This document shows positions 35,975 through 45,026 of a stretch of DNA of 64,000 nt, piece by piece (within the stretch, counting starts at the first letter, position 1; each line of letters starts with the position of its first letter). The translations under genes were made by a program, and so were the position numbers. The notes under the pieces are model-generated. The model had not been told where the DNA came from, ran no database searches, and saw only the letters and a program-made list of their open reading frames with translations. The DNA is from Chitinophagaceae bacterium (lineage in GTDB: Bacteria; Bacteroidota; Bacteroidia; Chitinophagales; Chitinophagaceae), in contig JAICXX010000013.1 of NCBI GenBank assembly GCA_025934485.1, forward strand, positions 1,234 through 65,233. The letters are read 5' to 3'.

Positions 35975-37880
35975 AGTAATGCCACCTTACAAACGCTTCC
36001 ATGGCCGCATATTTCGTGAAGCCCAATTGCGCATACAGGTTAGCGGTGTTGGCATTGCGGTCTTCGGCACGGAGCCAGAACTCCCGGCTATCGCTGCCCT
36101 GAAAGGGTACCATATCCTTTTGCGACTGGTGGATAAAGATGCCGAAGCGTTTTTTGAGCACCTGGTCGGGGCTCATGGGGATGGCCATCTCGATCTCGCT
36201 GATGTCCCATTCCTGCCATGCGCCTTTGTAGAGCCACAGCCAGCAGTCCTTGAGCCAGGAGTCGCCGGCGGCTTTGAGCCGGCGCAGCGATTCGAACACG
36301 ATGTCAAGACATACCTTGTGCGTGCCATGCGGATCGGCGAGGTCGCCGGCGGCATAGATCTGCTGGGGCTTCAACTTGCGAAGCAGTTCCATTGTCTGCG
36401 TGATATCGGCTTCGCCCATGGGCTTTTTCTCGATCGTGCCGGTTTCGTAGAAGGGTAGGTTCATGAAATGGATGTTCTCGTCTTTGAGACCGACATACCG
36501 GCAGGTAGCGCGGGCTTCACAGCGACGGATCAGACCCTTGATCGCGCGGATCTCGGGCGTGTCGATATCGCTGGTTTTTTTGGTTTTCAGATAACGCGTC
36601 GCCTGTTCGAGGATCTGCGAAGATTTGCTGCTGTCGATGCCGGAAAGTTCTTCGAAACCGACGGCGAAGTCCAGGAAACGGGTGACAAACTCATCGGTCA
36701 CCGCGATATTGCCCGAAGTTTGGTAGGCGACGTGGACATCGTGGCCCTGGTCGTGCAGCCGCATAAAGGTGCCGCCCATGGAGATGATGTCGTCATCGGG
36801 ATGGGGCGAGAAAATGAGGCAGCGTTTCGGAAAGGGCTCCGAACGCTCGGGATGTGTAGGGAGGTTCGCCCCCGGTTTGCCCCCCGGCCAGCCGGTGATG
36901 CTATCGCGGAGCAGGTAGAAGACCTGGAGGTTGATCTCATAGGCATCGCCTTTTTCTACCAGCAGATCGCTGAGACCATTGTCGTTGTAATCTTTATTCG
37001 TGAGGCTGAGGATGGGCTTGCCCAGCTTTAAGGCCATATTGACTACGGCTTTCCTGGTGATGGCCGGTGTCCACACCATATCTCCCGTGAGCCAGGGCGA
37101 TTTGAACCGGGTGAGCTCGGAGGCAGCCACATCGTCGAGGACAAAGGTCGTGTCGTTGTGCTGCTGGAGCAGGGAGGCCGGGATCTGTTCGGTGACATTG
37201 CCTTCTACAGCCTTTTGGATGACCGGTGCTTTTAGCTGGCCCCAGGCCATCAGGACGATACGTTTTGCCCGGAGGATAGTACTGATGCCCATGGTGACGG
37301 CCAGACGGGGCACTTGCGTGATATTTTGAAAATCGTGTGAATTCGCGATACGGGTGGAATTCTCGAGCGGCACGAGCCGGGTATGGGAATAGATGCTCGA
37401 ACCGGGTTCGTTGAATCCGATATGCCCATTGTTGCCGATGCCGAGGACCTGCAGATCGACGCCGCCGGCATCTTCGATCATCTTCTCATAAGCGACGCAG
37501 TGTTGCTTGATCTCTTCTTTTTTCCACTGCCCGTTAGGAATATGACAGTTGGCTGGATCGATGTCGACCTTGTCGAACAACTGTTCCTTCATGAACCGGT
37601 TGTAGCTCTGGAGCGCGTCGTTGTCGATGGGATAGTATTCGTCCAGGTTAAAGGTGATCACATTTTTAAAACTCAGCTTTTCTTCCCGGTGAAGACGGAC
37701 CAACTCGGCATACAGGGATTTGGGGGAGGAGCCTGTCGCCAGACCCAGAACGGTCTTTTCGCCCTTCTTTTCCTTTTCACGGATCAGCGTGGCGATCTCT
37801 TTGCCAATAAAACGGGAGCCTTCTTCCAATGAACCGAAAATTTTTACGGGAATTTTCTCGAATGAGTCTACCATGCTCAT
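35973..37880 (-). CDS. nagB: long-form glucosamine-6-phosphate deaminase (NagB domain fused to an LmbE/PIG-L-like domain)
   Basis: The N-terminal part has LGLATGSSP and GIGNNGHIGFNEPGS. The C-terminal part has IFSPHPDDDIISMGG, the PIG-L/LmbE zinc-deacetylase signature. 635 aa. Confidence 0.9.
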   Translation of the reverse strand: MSMVDSFEKIPVKIFGSLEEGSRFIGKEIATLIREKEKKGEKTVLGLATGSSPKSLYAELVRLHREEKLSFKNVITFNLDEYYPIDNDALQSYNRFMKEQLFDKVDIDPANCHIPNGQWKKEEIKQHCVAYEKMIEDAGGVDLQVLGIGNNGHIGFNEPGSSIYSHTRLVPLENSTRIANSHDFQNITQVPRLAVTMGISTILRAKRIVLMAWGQLKAPVIQKAVEGNVTEQIPASLLQQHNDTTFVLDDVAASELTRFKSPWLTGDMVWTPAITRKAVVNMALKLGKPILSLTNKDYNDNGLSDLLVEKGDAYEINLQVFYLLRDSITGWPGGKPGANLPTHPERSEPFPKRCLIFSPHPDDDIISMGGTFMRLHDQGHDVHVAYQTSGNIAVTDEFVTRFLDFAVGFEELSGIDSSKSSQILEQATRYLKTKKTSDIDTPEIRAIKGLIRRCEARATCRYVGLKDENIHFMNLPFYETGTIEKKPMGEADITQTMELLRKLKPQQIYAAGDLADPHGTHKVCLDIVFESLRRLKAAGDSWLKDCWLWLYKGAWQEWDISEIEMAIPMSPDQVLKKRFGIFIHQSQKDMVPFQGSDSREFWLRAEDRNANTANLYAQLGFTKYAAMEAFVRWHY

Positions 37881-38007
37881 AGATGCGATGTTTTAAAAGA
37901 ATTGTGATGGTTCGGTTTGCAGCGCGAAAGTAAATCCTAAAAGCCATATCTGACGCATCGGGTTCAAACGTTTGCGCGAGATGCAGGCGCTTACTTGTCT
38001 TCGCGCG

Positions 38008-38670
38008 TCAGAATGTGCCAAACGCGTGGAAAATGTAATGTCCGCTGATCGCCCAGAGAAGAAAAATAATTTGCAGGGGACCGGTAAGCCGGTTTTTCAG
38101 GGACCGGATCGCCTGATAGAGCAGGTTCCGGGCCACCTGGTAGTTGATGTTCATGATCTCGCTGACCTCGTCATAGCCGAGATTCTGGTAGTATTTGAGA
38201 TAGATGATCTCTTTTTGCCGGCTGCTGAGCTGTTCCAGGGCCCCGAGGATGCGGCGTTTCTTTTCCTCGTCCACTTCTTCGGCGATAAGAAAGCTTTCAT
38301 GGCTCCATTCGAAGGCAGTTTCTTCGCCTTCGCCGGTAAGGGGCAGGACGTTCCTGTTTTTCCGGTAGGCTTTTAATAATTTGTATTTCAGTGATTTGAG
38401 CAGGTAGGCGCGGACGGAGATCACGGGCGTCCGGGACTTAGCCTGCCAGAGCTCGATAAAAAGCTCCTGGATGCTATCTTCGAGCAGGTTTTCGTCGGCG
38501 GTGAATTTCCTGCCATACCGGAACAGATGTTCATAATGCGAACGGAAAAGCGTTGCAAAAGCATCCCGGTCTCCTTCCCGGAAAGATTCCCACAGCAGTA
38601 TGTCCTCTTTGGCAGTATTCAATGGTTGTGCGCGTGCTAAAACTTGTGGAAAGTAAAAAAAAATCGCCAA
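38008..38670 (-). CDS. ECF-type RNA polymerase sigma-70 factor
   Basis: Region 2 (FATLFRSHYEHLFRYG, DSIQELFIELW) and region 4 (LSSRQKEIIYLKYYQNLGYDEVSEIMNINYQVARNLLYQAIRSLK) are present. There is no ATG near the 5' end; the start is probably TTG at 38670 or 38622. Confidence 0.85.
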   Translation of the reverse strand: MAIFFYFPQVLARAQPLNTAKEDILLWESFREGDRDAFATLFRSHYEHLFRYGRKFTADENLLEDSIQELFIELWQAKSRTPVISVRAYLLKSLKYKLLKAYRKNRNVLPLTGEGEETAFEWSHESFLIAEEVDEEKKRRILGALEQLSSRQKEIIYLKYYQNLGYDEVSEIMNINYQVARNLLYQAIRSLKNRLTGPLQIIFLLWAISGHYIFHAFGTF

Positions 38671-38727
38671 ATCTGCATTACAAAATTATCTTTATGGGTA
38701 CGTCAGAATAATATAGCAACCGATTTT

Positions 38728-39732
38728 ATGTCAAAAGAGTTTCACGAGCCTGAGGATTTTTTGTCTGATGAATCCTTCCTGTCCTGGTATTTCGGGTCCG
38801 GGCGGGAGGAGGGCGGTTCGTGGGAGAGCTGGATGGCCGACGCCCCCGGCCGGCGGGAACTGTTCGACCGGGCGGTAGCTATCCTGGATGCGACGCAGAT
38901 AAAGGAGAAACCCCTGCCTGCCGCGCAGTTACAACATGCCGAGGCTGCGCTGCTGGGACGGATCGACCTGCTGGAAGACATCCGGAAAGGCCGGAGCAGA
39001 CCCGCGCGGGTAGTTTGGCGTTGGATGGCGGCTGCCGTGGTGCTGGTTTTGGTGGGGGTGGGAGTGGTCGTCTACCAGATGCTGCCCGTCCGCCAATCAC
39101 AGCTGGCATCCGGGTATGGGCAACTGTTGTCACGGGAGTTGCCGGACGGTTCGGAGGTGACGATGAATGCTAACAGCCGGCTGCACTTTTTCCGGAATTG
39201 GCAGGATGGGGTCGATCGCGAGGTCTGGATCGAGGGAGAGGCTTTTTTTCATGTCCGTAAGACCCCGATGAAAAGCCGGTTTATCGTACACACGGACGAG
39301 TTCGATATCGTAGTCACCGGTACTCAATTCAATGTCGTCAACCGAAATGGCAAAGACAATGTGCTGTTGCAGGAAGGCAGCGTGATCGTCCATCCGCGGA
39401 CCGGCGAGGACCTGCGTATGGTTCCCGGAGATTTCGTGCAGTGGGATGGAACGAAGCTCGAAAAGACCGGCGTGCGGCAGGACAGCCTTACGGCCTGGCA
39501 ACAGCATCAGATCGTTTTCGACAAGACACCGCTTCGTCAGGTCGCAGCCATGATCCAGGAGCAATACGGTGTCAAGGTAACCCTTGCGGACCCTTCGATC
39601 GGCGACAGCGTGATCTCGGGGATGCTCCCTAATAACAACCTGAACGTCTTGTTGCAGGCCCTTGAAACTACCAGCGATTTCGATGTTACCCGCGACGGCG
39701 GGAACATTACTATAAGAGCCTCCGCGCATTAG
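38728..39732 (+). CDS. FecR-family anti-sigma factor
   Basis: The start is at MSKEFHEPEDF (ATG 38728). It has a central TM segment (WMAAAVVLVLVGVGVVVY) and a FecR domain (LPDGSEVTMNANSRL...FFHV), and lies immediately upstream of an STN-bearing SusC. Confidence 0.85.
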   Translation: MSKEFHEPEDFLSDESFLSWYFGSGREEGGSWESWMADAPGRRELFDRAVAILDATQIKEKPLPAAQLQHAEAALLGRIDLLEDIRKGRSRPARVVWRWMAAAVVLVLVGVGVVVYQMLPVRQSQLASGYGQLLSRELPDGSEVTMNANSRLHFFRNWQDGVDREVWIEGEAFFHVRKTPMKSRFIVHTDEFDIVVTGTQFNVVNRNGKDNVLLQEGSVIVHPRTGEDLRMVPGDFVQWDGTKLEKTGVRQDSLTAWQQHQIVFDKTPLRQVAAMIQEQYGVKVTLADPSIGDSVISGMLPNNNLNVLLQALETTSDFDVTRDGGNITIRASAH

Positions 39733-39784
39733 CGGACGGCACGTGGTGCTTTGAGAATCGATGTTGAACCAAAACGCTGTGTGA

Positions 39785-42700
39785 ATGAAAAAATCGAATG
39801 GCTATCCATATTGGCTAAGATTTTTTCTGTGTGTGTGCCTGGCTGCCGCCACGCTCCCTGGAAGTGGGCAGGCCGTGCTACGCGATCCCGCCGACAGTAC
39901 TTCGAATGGCCGTAAGCCACTGATGGAGGTATTGATCGAGCTGAACCACGCCAGGGGAGTGTATTTCCTCTTCAGCCAACAGCAGATCGGCAAGATGCTG
40001 GTCAACCCGCCTGTGCTTTCTTCCAATGCCAGTGTAGAAAAATTGTTGACGCAGGTCTTGCGCAACACGGGCCTCATCTACAAAAAAGTCGATGAACGCA
40101 CCTTCGTGATCCTGAACCGGAAAAAGGATACAACGGCCACCGCTCATGGCGCCGCGGTCCAGGGTTCGGCGTATCCGGATGACGAGCCAGCCGACGCGCC
40201 GCCCCGGGAATCGGTTCCCAACACGATCTCCGGAAAGATCATCGACAACGAGGGAAAGGTGCTGACCGGCGTCACCGTTTCGATAAAAAATACCCATCGG
40301 GGTACGAGCACCGACCTCGACGGTGAATTTTCCATTCGGGCCGACAACGACGATATGCTACTCCTGTCCTGTGTGGGCTATGTGAATAAAGAGATCCCGG
40401 CGGGGCTGGCGGCCCGCGGTTCCATTGTGCTTAATCCAAGCGATCAGCCGTTGATGGAGGTGCTGGTGACGGCCATGGGCATCGGCAAACAGGAGAAGAC
40501 GCTGGGCTATTCGGCATCGGAGCTGGACGGAGGCCTGTTCACGCAATCGCGGGCCGTCAATCTCGGGAATGCCCTGGCCGGGCAGGTCGCGGGGGTGAAT
40601 GTCATCGACAATGCCACCGGGCCCTATGGCAGCAGCCGGGTGTTGATCCGGGGCAATGCCTCGCTGAGCGGCAATAACCAGCCTTTGTATGTCGTAGACG
40701 GCGTTCCGTATGACAACACTACGCAGTCCTATGCCGGCCAGTATGGTGGGGTCGATCTCGGAGACGGATTATCCAATCTCAATCCCGACGACATCGAATC
40801 CATCGTTATCCTCAAAGGCGTGGCGGCATCCGCCCTTTACGGTTTTCGCGGCGGTAACGGCGCCATCCTTATCACCACAAAATCGGGTTCCCGTACGCGT
40901 GGTATAGGGGTGCAGGTGAATAACAATGCTACTCTTAATTCATTGATCGATGAACGGGATTTTCAATACGTGTACGGACAGGGTGTGTCGGGGATCAAAC
41001 CGCAGAGCGCCCATGTAGCGCTTGCGGCACCTTATTACAGTTGGGGAGGCAGGCTGGATGGTTCGACGGCAGTCAACTACCTCGGGGATTCATATGCTTA
41101 CAGTCCTGCGTCGCATAACTTTGAAAATTTTTTCCGCACGGGTGCGACCAGTCAAAGTTCGGTGGCGCTAACAGGCGCCAATAGTAAAGGACATTTTCGA
41201 CTGGGTCTTACCGATCTCCATCTGGGTACCATCGTTCCCAATTCTTCCTTGTACAAAGAAGGGCTGAACCTGAACTCCACCTATTCGGTCACCAATCGTC
41301 TCCAAATGGACCTGACGGCCGATTATGTATTCGAGCATGTGGGCAACCGGGCCTCACTGTCGGATGACCCGGGTAATGTGTTTGCTCCAGCGCTATACCT
41401 GGCCAATTCTTTCGACATCCGCTGGATGAAAGACCGGACAATACGCCCCGATGGCACCGAATGGCTTCCCGGCGCTACCGATCCCTATTTTGAGAACCCG
41501 TATTATATCGCTTATGATTATAACAATACCACGGATCGCAACCGGTTGACAGGCGGTCTGACGCTCCGGTATAATCTGCTGGACTGGCTCTATGTGCAAG
41601 GGCAATTGACACGCGACGGGTACGTATTCGATGTGGAATCCATTGTCCCTTCCGGCGTGGAATATACCCGCACCGACGGCCTTCATGGCGGCAACCTTAC
41701 CCAGTACGAGGTGAATTTTTATGAGCTTAATGGCAACTTCATGATCGGCGGGCAAAAAAAAATCGGTGAGGATCTTTCCTTTGACGCTAACATAGGAAGC
41801 AATCGCGAGGACAATGTCACGAGGATCAACGGTATCGGGGCGGTACCCAATTCTTCCAACCGGGCCGCGGGTCCATTTCTGATCACAGGAGATTACAATG
41901 CCAACGATATCAGCACAGCGAATAAACCCTATAGCAATTTCGATCAGCATTATCGCGTCAATTCCATCTATGCCAATGCCGACCTGGGGTATAAAAATTA
42001 TCTGTTCCTGAATGTCACAGCCCGAAACGACTGGTTTTCGACGCTCAATATCCATACGGATCATTATCTCTATCCCAGTGTTTCGGGCAGTTTTATTTTT
42101 TCGGATGTCTGGCACCTTCCGGCCTGGATCAATCTGGGTAAGCTGCATGCTTCCTGGGCGGCCGCTTCGAATGGGACACAGCCTTACCAAAGTTTGCTGG
42201 CCTATGGTATCGAAAGCTATTCCATCAACAATCAGCCGTTGGGCTATATCGCTACTTCCAATTCGGTGCCGGTAGTTCCCAATGCCAATCTTCGGCCGGT
42301 AAGCATTCAGGAAAAGGAAGCCGGTGTCCGGATGCAATTCTTCCACGATCGGGCAGACTTTGATCTCACCGCTTATGACAAGCAAACGACTAACGACATT
42401 GTGAATGTAACCATTAGCACTACGTCCGGCTATGGGCAAGCTGTTGAGAACGTCGGAAGGATCCGCAACAGGGGGTTGGAACTTCTGCTGGAAGGCACGC
42501 CCATAAAAACAAAGCATTTTAGCTGGAAGACCTCATTCAACTTAGCTGTTAACAATAATAAGGTGCTCGACGTCGGCGGGGGGCAAAGTATCGTCATCGG
42601 CGGTGCTTATCCGCGCTGGGGAAGCGAGGTCAGCATCAGCAATGTCGTGGGTCTCCCTTATGGACAGATCATGGGCTATGCTTATAAGCGGGACGGGAAA

Positions 42701-43318
42701 GGCAATAAGATCTTCAGCGACGGCCTGTCGAATCCGACACCAGCGGGCGAGCCGGAGCAAACGGGGGTGGTGCCGCTGGGGTCCACTGGCTACCGACAAA
42801 CGGGAGGATACTCCAATGAATTCCATTACGGAGCATTTACGTTGACGAACCTGATCGATTTTAAATTCGGTGCAAAGATCTATTCAGGGACTAATTTGCT
42901 GTTGTATTATTATGGTTTGCAAAAGACCACCTTGCAGGGAAGGGATGGTGGTTATATTGGAAAAGGCGTGCTGGATAACGGCCACCCCAATACGACCGCT
43001 GTACCGGCACAGCAATATTTTCAGGATATTTCGGCGGGCGGAACGGATCACATCGCAGAAGAATTCGTCTATGATGCCAGCTTTGTCAAATGGCGATCTG
43101 CTTCGCTGTGTTACACCGTTCCGGCGGCGGTGCTAAAGAAAGGTTTTATCAAAGGACTGAGTTTTTCCCTGGTGGGCAGGAATCTGGCTATATTGATGAA
43201 ACATACACCGAATATCGATCCCGAATCCAGCATCAATAATACAAATGGCCAGGGGCTCGAATTGACCGGCTATCCGCAAACACGGAGCTGGGGTGTCAAC
43301 ATAAATTGTAAATTCTAA
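39785..43318 (+). CDS. SusC-type TonB-dependent transporter with N-terminal STN signalling domain
   Basis: 1177 aa. The STN-like segment is LMEVLIELNHARGVYFLFSQQQ...LLTQVLRNTGLIYKKVDERTFVI, followed by a CarboxypepD_reg domain (ISGKIIDNEGKVLTGVTVSIKN), a plug, and a barrel ending ...NINCKF. Confidence 0.95.
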   Translation: MKKSNGYPYWLRFFLCVCLAAATLPGSGQAVLRDPADSTSNGRKPLMEVLIELNHARGVYFLFSQQQIGKMLVNPPVLSSNASVEKLLTQVLRNTGLIYKKVDERTFVILNRKKDTTATAHGAAVQGSAYPDDEPADAPPRESVPNTISGKIIDNEGKVLTGVTVSIKNTHRGTSTDLDGEFSIRADNDDMLLLSCVGYVNKEIPAGLAARGSIVLNPSDQPLMEVLVTAMGIGKQEKTLGYSASELDGGLFTQSRAVNLGNALAGQVAGVNVIDNATGPYGSSRVLIRGNASLSGNNQPLYVVDGVPYDNTTQSYAGQYGGVDLGDGLSNLNPDDIESIVILKGVAASALYGFRGGNGAILITTKSGSRTRGIGVQVNNNATLNSLIDERDFQYVYGQGVSGIKPQSAHVALAAPYYSWGGRLDGSTAVNYLGDSYAYSPASHNFENFFRTGATSQSSVALTGANSKGHFRLGLTDLHLGTIVPNSSLYKEGLNLNSTYSVTNRLQMDLTADYVFEHVGNRASLSDDPGNVFAPALYLANSFDIRWMKDRTIRPDGTEWLPGATDPYFENPYYIAYDYNNTTDRNRLTGGLTLRYNLLDWLYVQGQLTRDGYVFDVESIVPSGVEYTRTDGLHGGNLTQYEVNFYELNGNFMIGGQKKIGEDLSFDANIGSNREDNVTRINGIGAVPNSSNRAAGPFLITGDYNANDISTANKPYSNFDQHYRVNSIYANADLGYKNYLFLNVTARNDWFSTLNIHTDHYLYPSVSGSFIFSDVWHLPAWINLGKLHASWAAASNGTQPYQSLLAYGIESYSINNQPLGYIATSNSVPVVPNANLRPVSIQEKEAGVRMQFFHDRADFDLTAYDKQTTNDIVNVTISTTSGYGQAVENVGRIRNRGLELLLEGTPIKTKHFSWKTSFNLAVNNNKVLDVGGGQSIVIGGAYPRWGSEVSISNVVGLPYGQIMGYAYKRDGKGNKIFSDGLSNPTPAGEPEQTGVVPLGSTGYRQTGGYSNEFHYGAFTLTNLIDFKFGAKIYSGTNLLLYYYGLQKTTLQGRDGGYIGKGVLDNGHPNTTAVPAQQYFQDISAGGTDHIAEEFVYDASFVKWRSASLCYTVPAAVLKKGFIKGLSFSLVGRNLAILMKHTPNIDPESSINNTNGQGLELTGYPQTRSWGVNINCKF

Positions 43319-43322
43319 CGGT

Positions 43323-44882
43323 ATGCTGCTACGAGTGACTATCGCCTGCCTTATTTTCCCGGCCCTTCTCGCGGGCTGCAGGAAAGGCTTTGTGTCGCTC
43401 AATACCAATCCCGATCTGACCACCGCCAGCCAGATCAATTTCAACTATCTTTTCTCCAATGCCGAGCTGCAGACTTCGGGAAATACGGACGGCAATGGGT
43501 ATGAGGATTGGCGCAATAATCTGATCTATTCCGGCTGTATGGTTCAACATTTGTCGTCCACACTTTCGTACTGGGACGGGGATAAGTATTTGTATAATCC
43601 CACCTACAATTCGGCTTACTGGGACGAGAACTATCCCAACAGCATAGCCAACATAGAAGAGGTGATCGCCCACACGCAAAACGATACGGCAGCCTACAAT
43701 CTTTACCAGATAGCCCGCATTTTCAGGGCTTTTATGTTCCAACGCATGACGGATATGTACGGGGACTGTCCCTATGCCCAGGCCGGACAAGCTGTTACCT
43801 CGGGAACTTTTTATCCGCGGTATGACCGGCAGCAGGATATCTATCCCGGATTATTGCAGGAACTGAGTGACGCGGCAGGCAAGCTGGACGGTACCAAGCC
43901 CAATACCGCAGGCTCCGCGGATCTTCTTTATGGCGGAAATATCGCTGCATGGAAAAAATTTGCCTTTTCGGAGATGGTGCGGCTGGCTATGCGGATGTGT
44001 AAGGTCGCGCCCGACAGTGCTCACGTTTGGGTCAACCGGGCCGTACAGGGCGGCGTGATGAGCAGCTATACCGACAATGCGATCATCCGGCATCAGGCGG
44101 TGACCGGGACCCCCGTTGTCAATGGTCCCGGGCTGATCTTTGTGAGCAACGACCCGAACGGATACCGGCTTAGTGAAACCTTTGTGAATTGTCTGCGAAA
44201 TACCGCCGACCCGAGGCTTGGTTTTCTAGGCACCGTGTGTTCCGATCCTACGAATCCGGGCGATATGGGGGATACCGCGAAGTCACTTCAACTCGGGCAG
44301 CCTAATGGCTATGACCCTGCCTATAGCGGCACAACCTATGATCTGGTAAATGCAGCCAACTGGCGGGGAAATGCGAACAGCTATTCAGTAGTTAATCGTT
44401 ATACTTTTGCCCGGCTGGATGCTCCGACCTTTTTCCTTACGGCGGGTGAGACCCAACTGCTGCTCGCCGAAGCAGCGGAGCGTAATTGGATAAACGGCGA
44501 CCCCGCTGCCTACTTTAACGCGGGTGTAACTGCGGCGATGCAACAGCTGGCACAGCAGGCCGGTGCTGGTCCTTCCACAGATGCTATCACCGCCTGGCTT
44601 GCCGCCAACCCTTACAACGGAACACTGGAGCAGATCAATACGCAATATTGGATTGCGGGTTTCATGGATGAGAACGAATGTTTCGCTAACTGGCGCCGCA
44701 GCGGTTATCCCATTCTCGCAGCGGTGAGTTATCCCGGCAATGTTACCAATAACACCATTCCCCGCCGGTTCACCTATCCGCAAACCGAAGCTTCAACCAA
44801 CACCGCCAACTACAACGCCGCCGTCTCCCGGCTTCCCGGAGGCGATAAGATGACTTCCCGAATGTGGTGGGATACACCCTAA
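43323..44882 (+). CDS. SusD-like (SusD-like_2 type) lipoprotein
   Basis: Lipoprotein signal ALLAGCRKGF. It starts 5 nt after the susC stop. NTNPD...NYLF... opening; paralogous to 48235-49842. Confidence 0.85.
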   Translation: MLLRVTIACLIFPALLAGCRKGFVSLNTNPDLTTASQINFNYLFSNAELQTSGNTDGNGYEDWRNNLIYSGCMVQHLSSTLSYWDGDKYLYNPTYNSAYWDENYPNSIANIEEVIAHTQNDTAAYNLYQIARIFRAFMFQRMTDMYGDCPYAQAGQAVTSGTFYPRYDRQQDIYPGLLQELSDAAGKLDGTKPNTAGSADLLYGGNIAAWKKFAFSEMVRLAMRMCKVAPDSAHVWVNRAVQGGVMSSYTDNAIIRHQAVTGTPVVNGPGLIFVSNDPNGYRLSETFVNCLRNTADPRLGFLGTVCSDPTNPGDMGDTAKSLQLGQPNGYDPAYSGTTYDLVNAANWRGNANSYSVVNRYTFARLDAPTFFLTAGETQLLLAEAAERNWINGDPAAYFNAGVTAAMQQLAQQAGAGPSTDAITAWLAANPYNGTLEQINTQYWIAGFMDENECFANWRRSGYPILAAVSYPGNVTNNTIPRRFTYPQTEASTNTANYNAAVSRLPGGDKMTSRMWWDTP

Positions 44883-45026
44883 TCAGCTTTGATGAACAGC
44901 AGGACGGCCGATCATTTTGCTAAATCGTATTTGCAGAAATTTTTTTCATTGGAGCGTTACAAAACCTTGCGCCCCGGCACCTGAATACAGAAACGGTGAA
45001 TTTATAATCAAACGCTGCAAAACAAA

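Noticed and set aside
41393-42517. 374-aa ORF on the minus strand
   Set aside because: It is embedded antisense in the STN-SusC gene and has no recognisable domain. It is a shadow ORF. The same applies to 51100-52032 (antisense to GH20-GH29), 11476-12162 (antisense to SusC), 57009-57701 (antisense to glycosylasparaginase), 60258-60902 (antisense to pfkA) and 36468-37031/37383-37832 (antisense to nagB).
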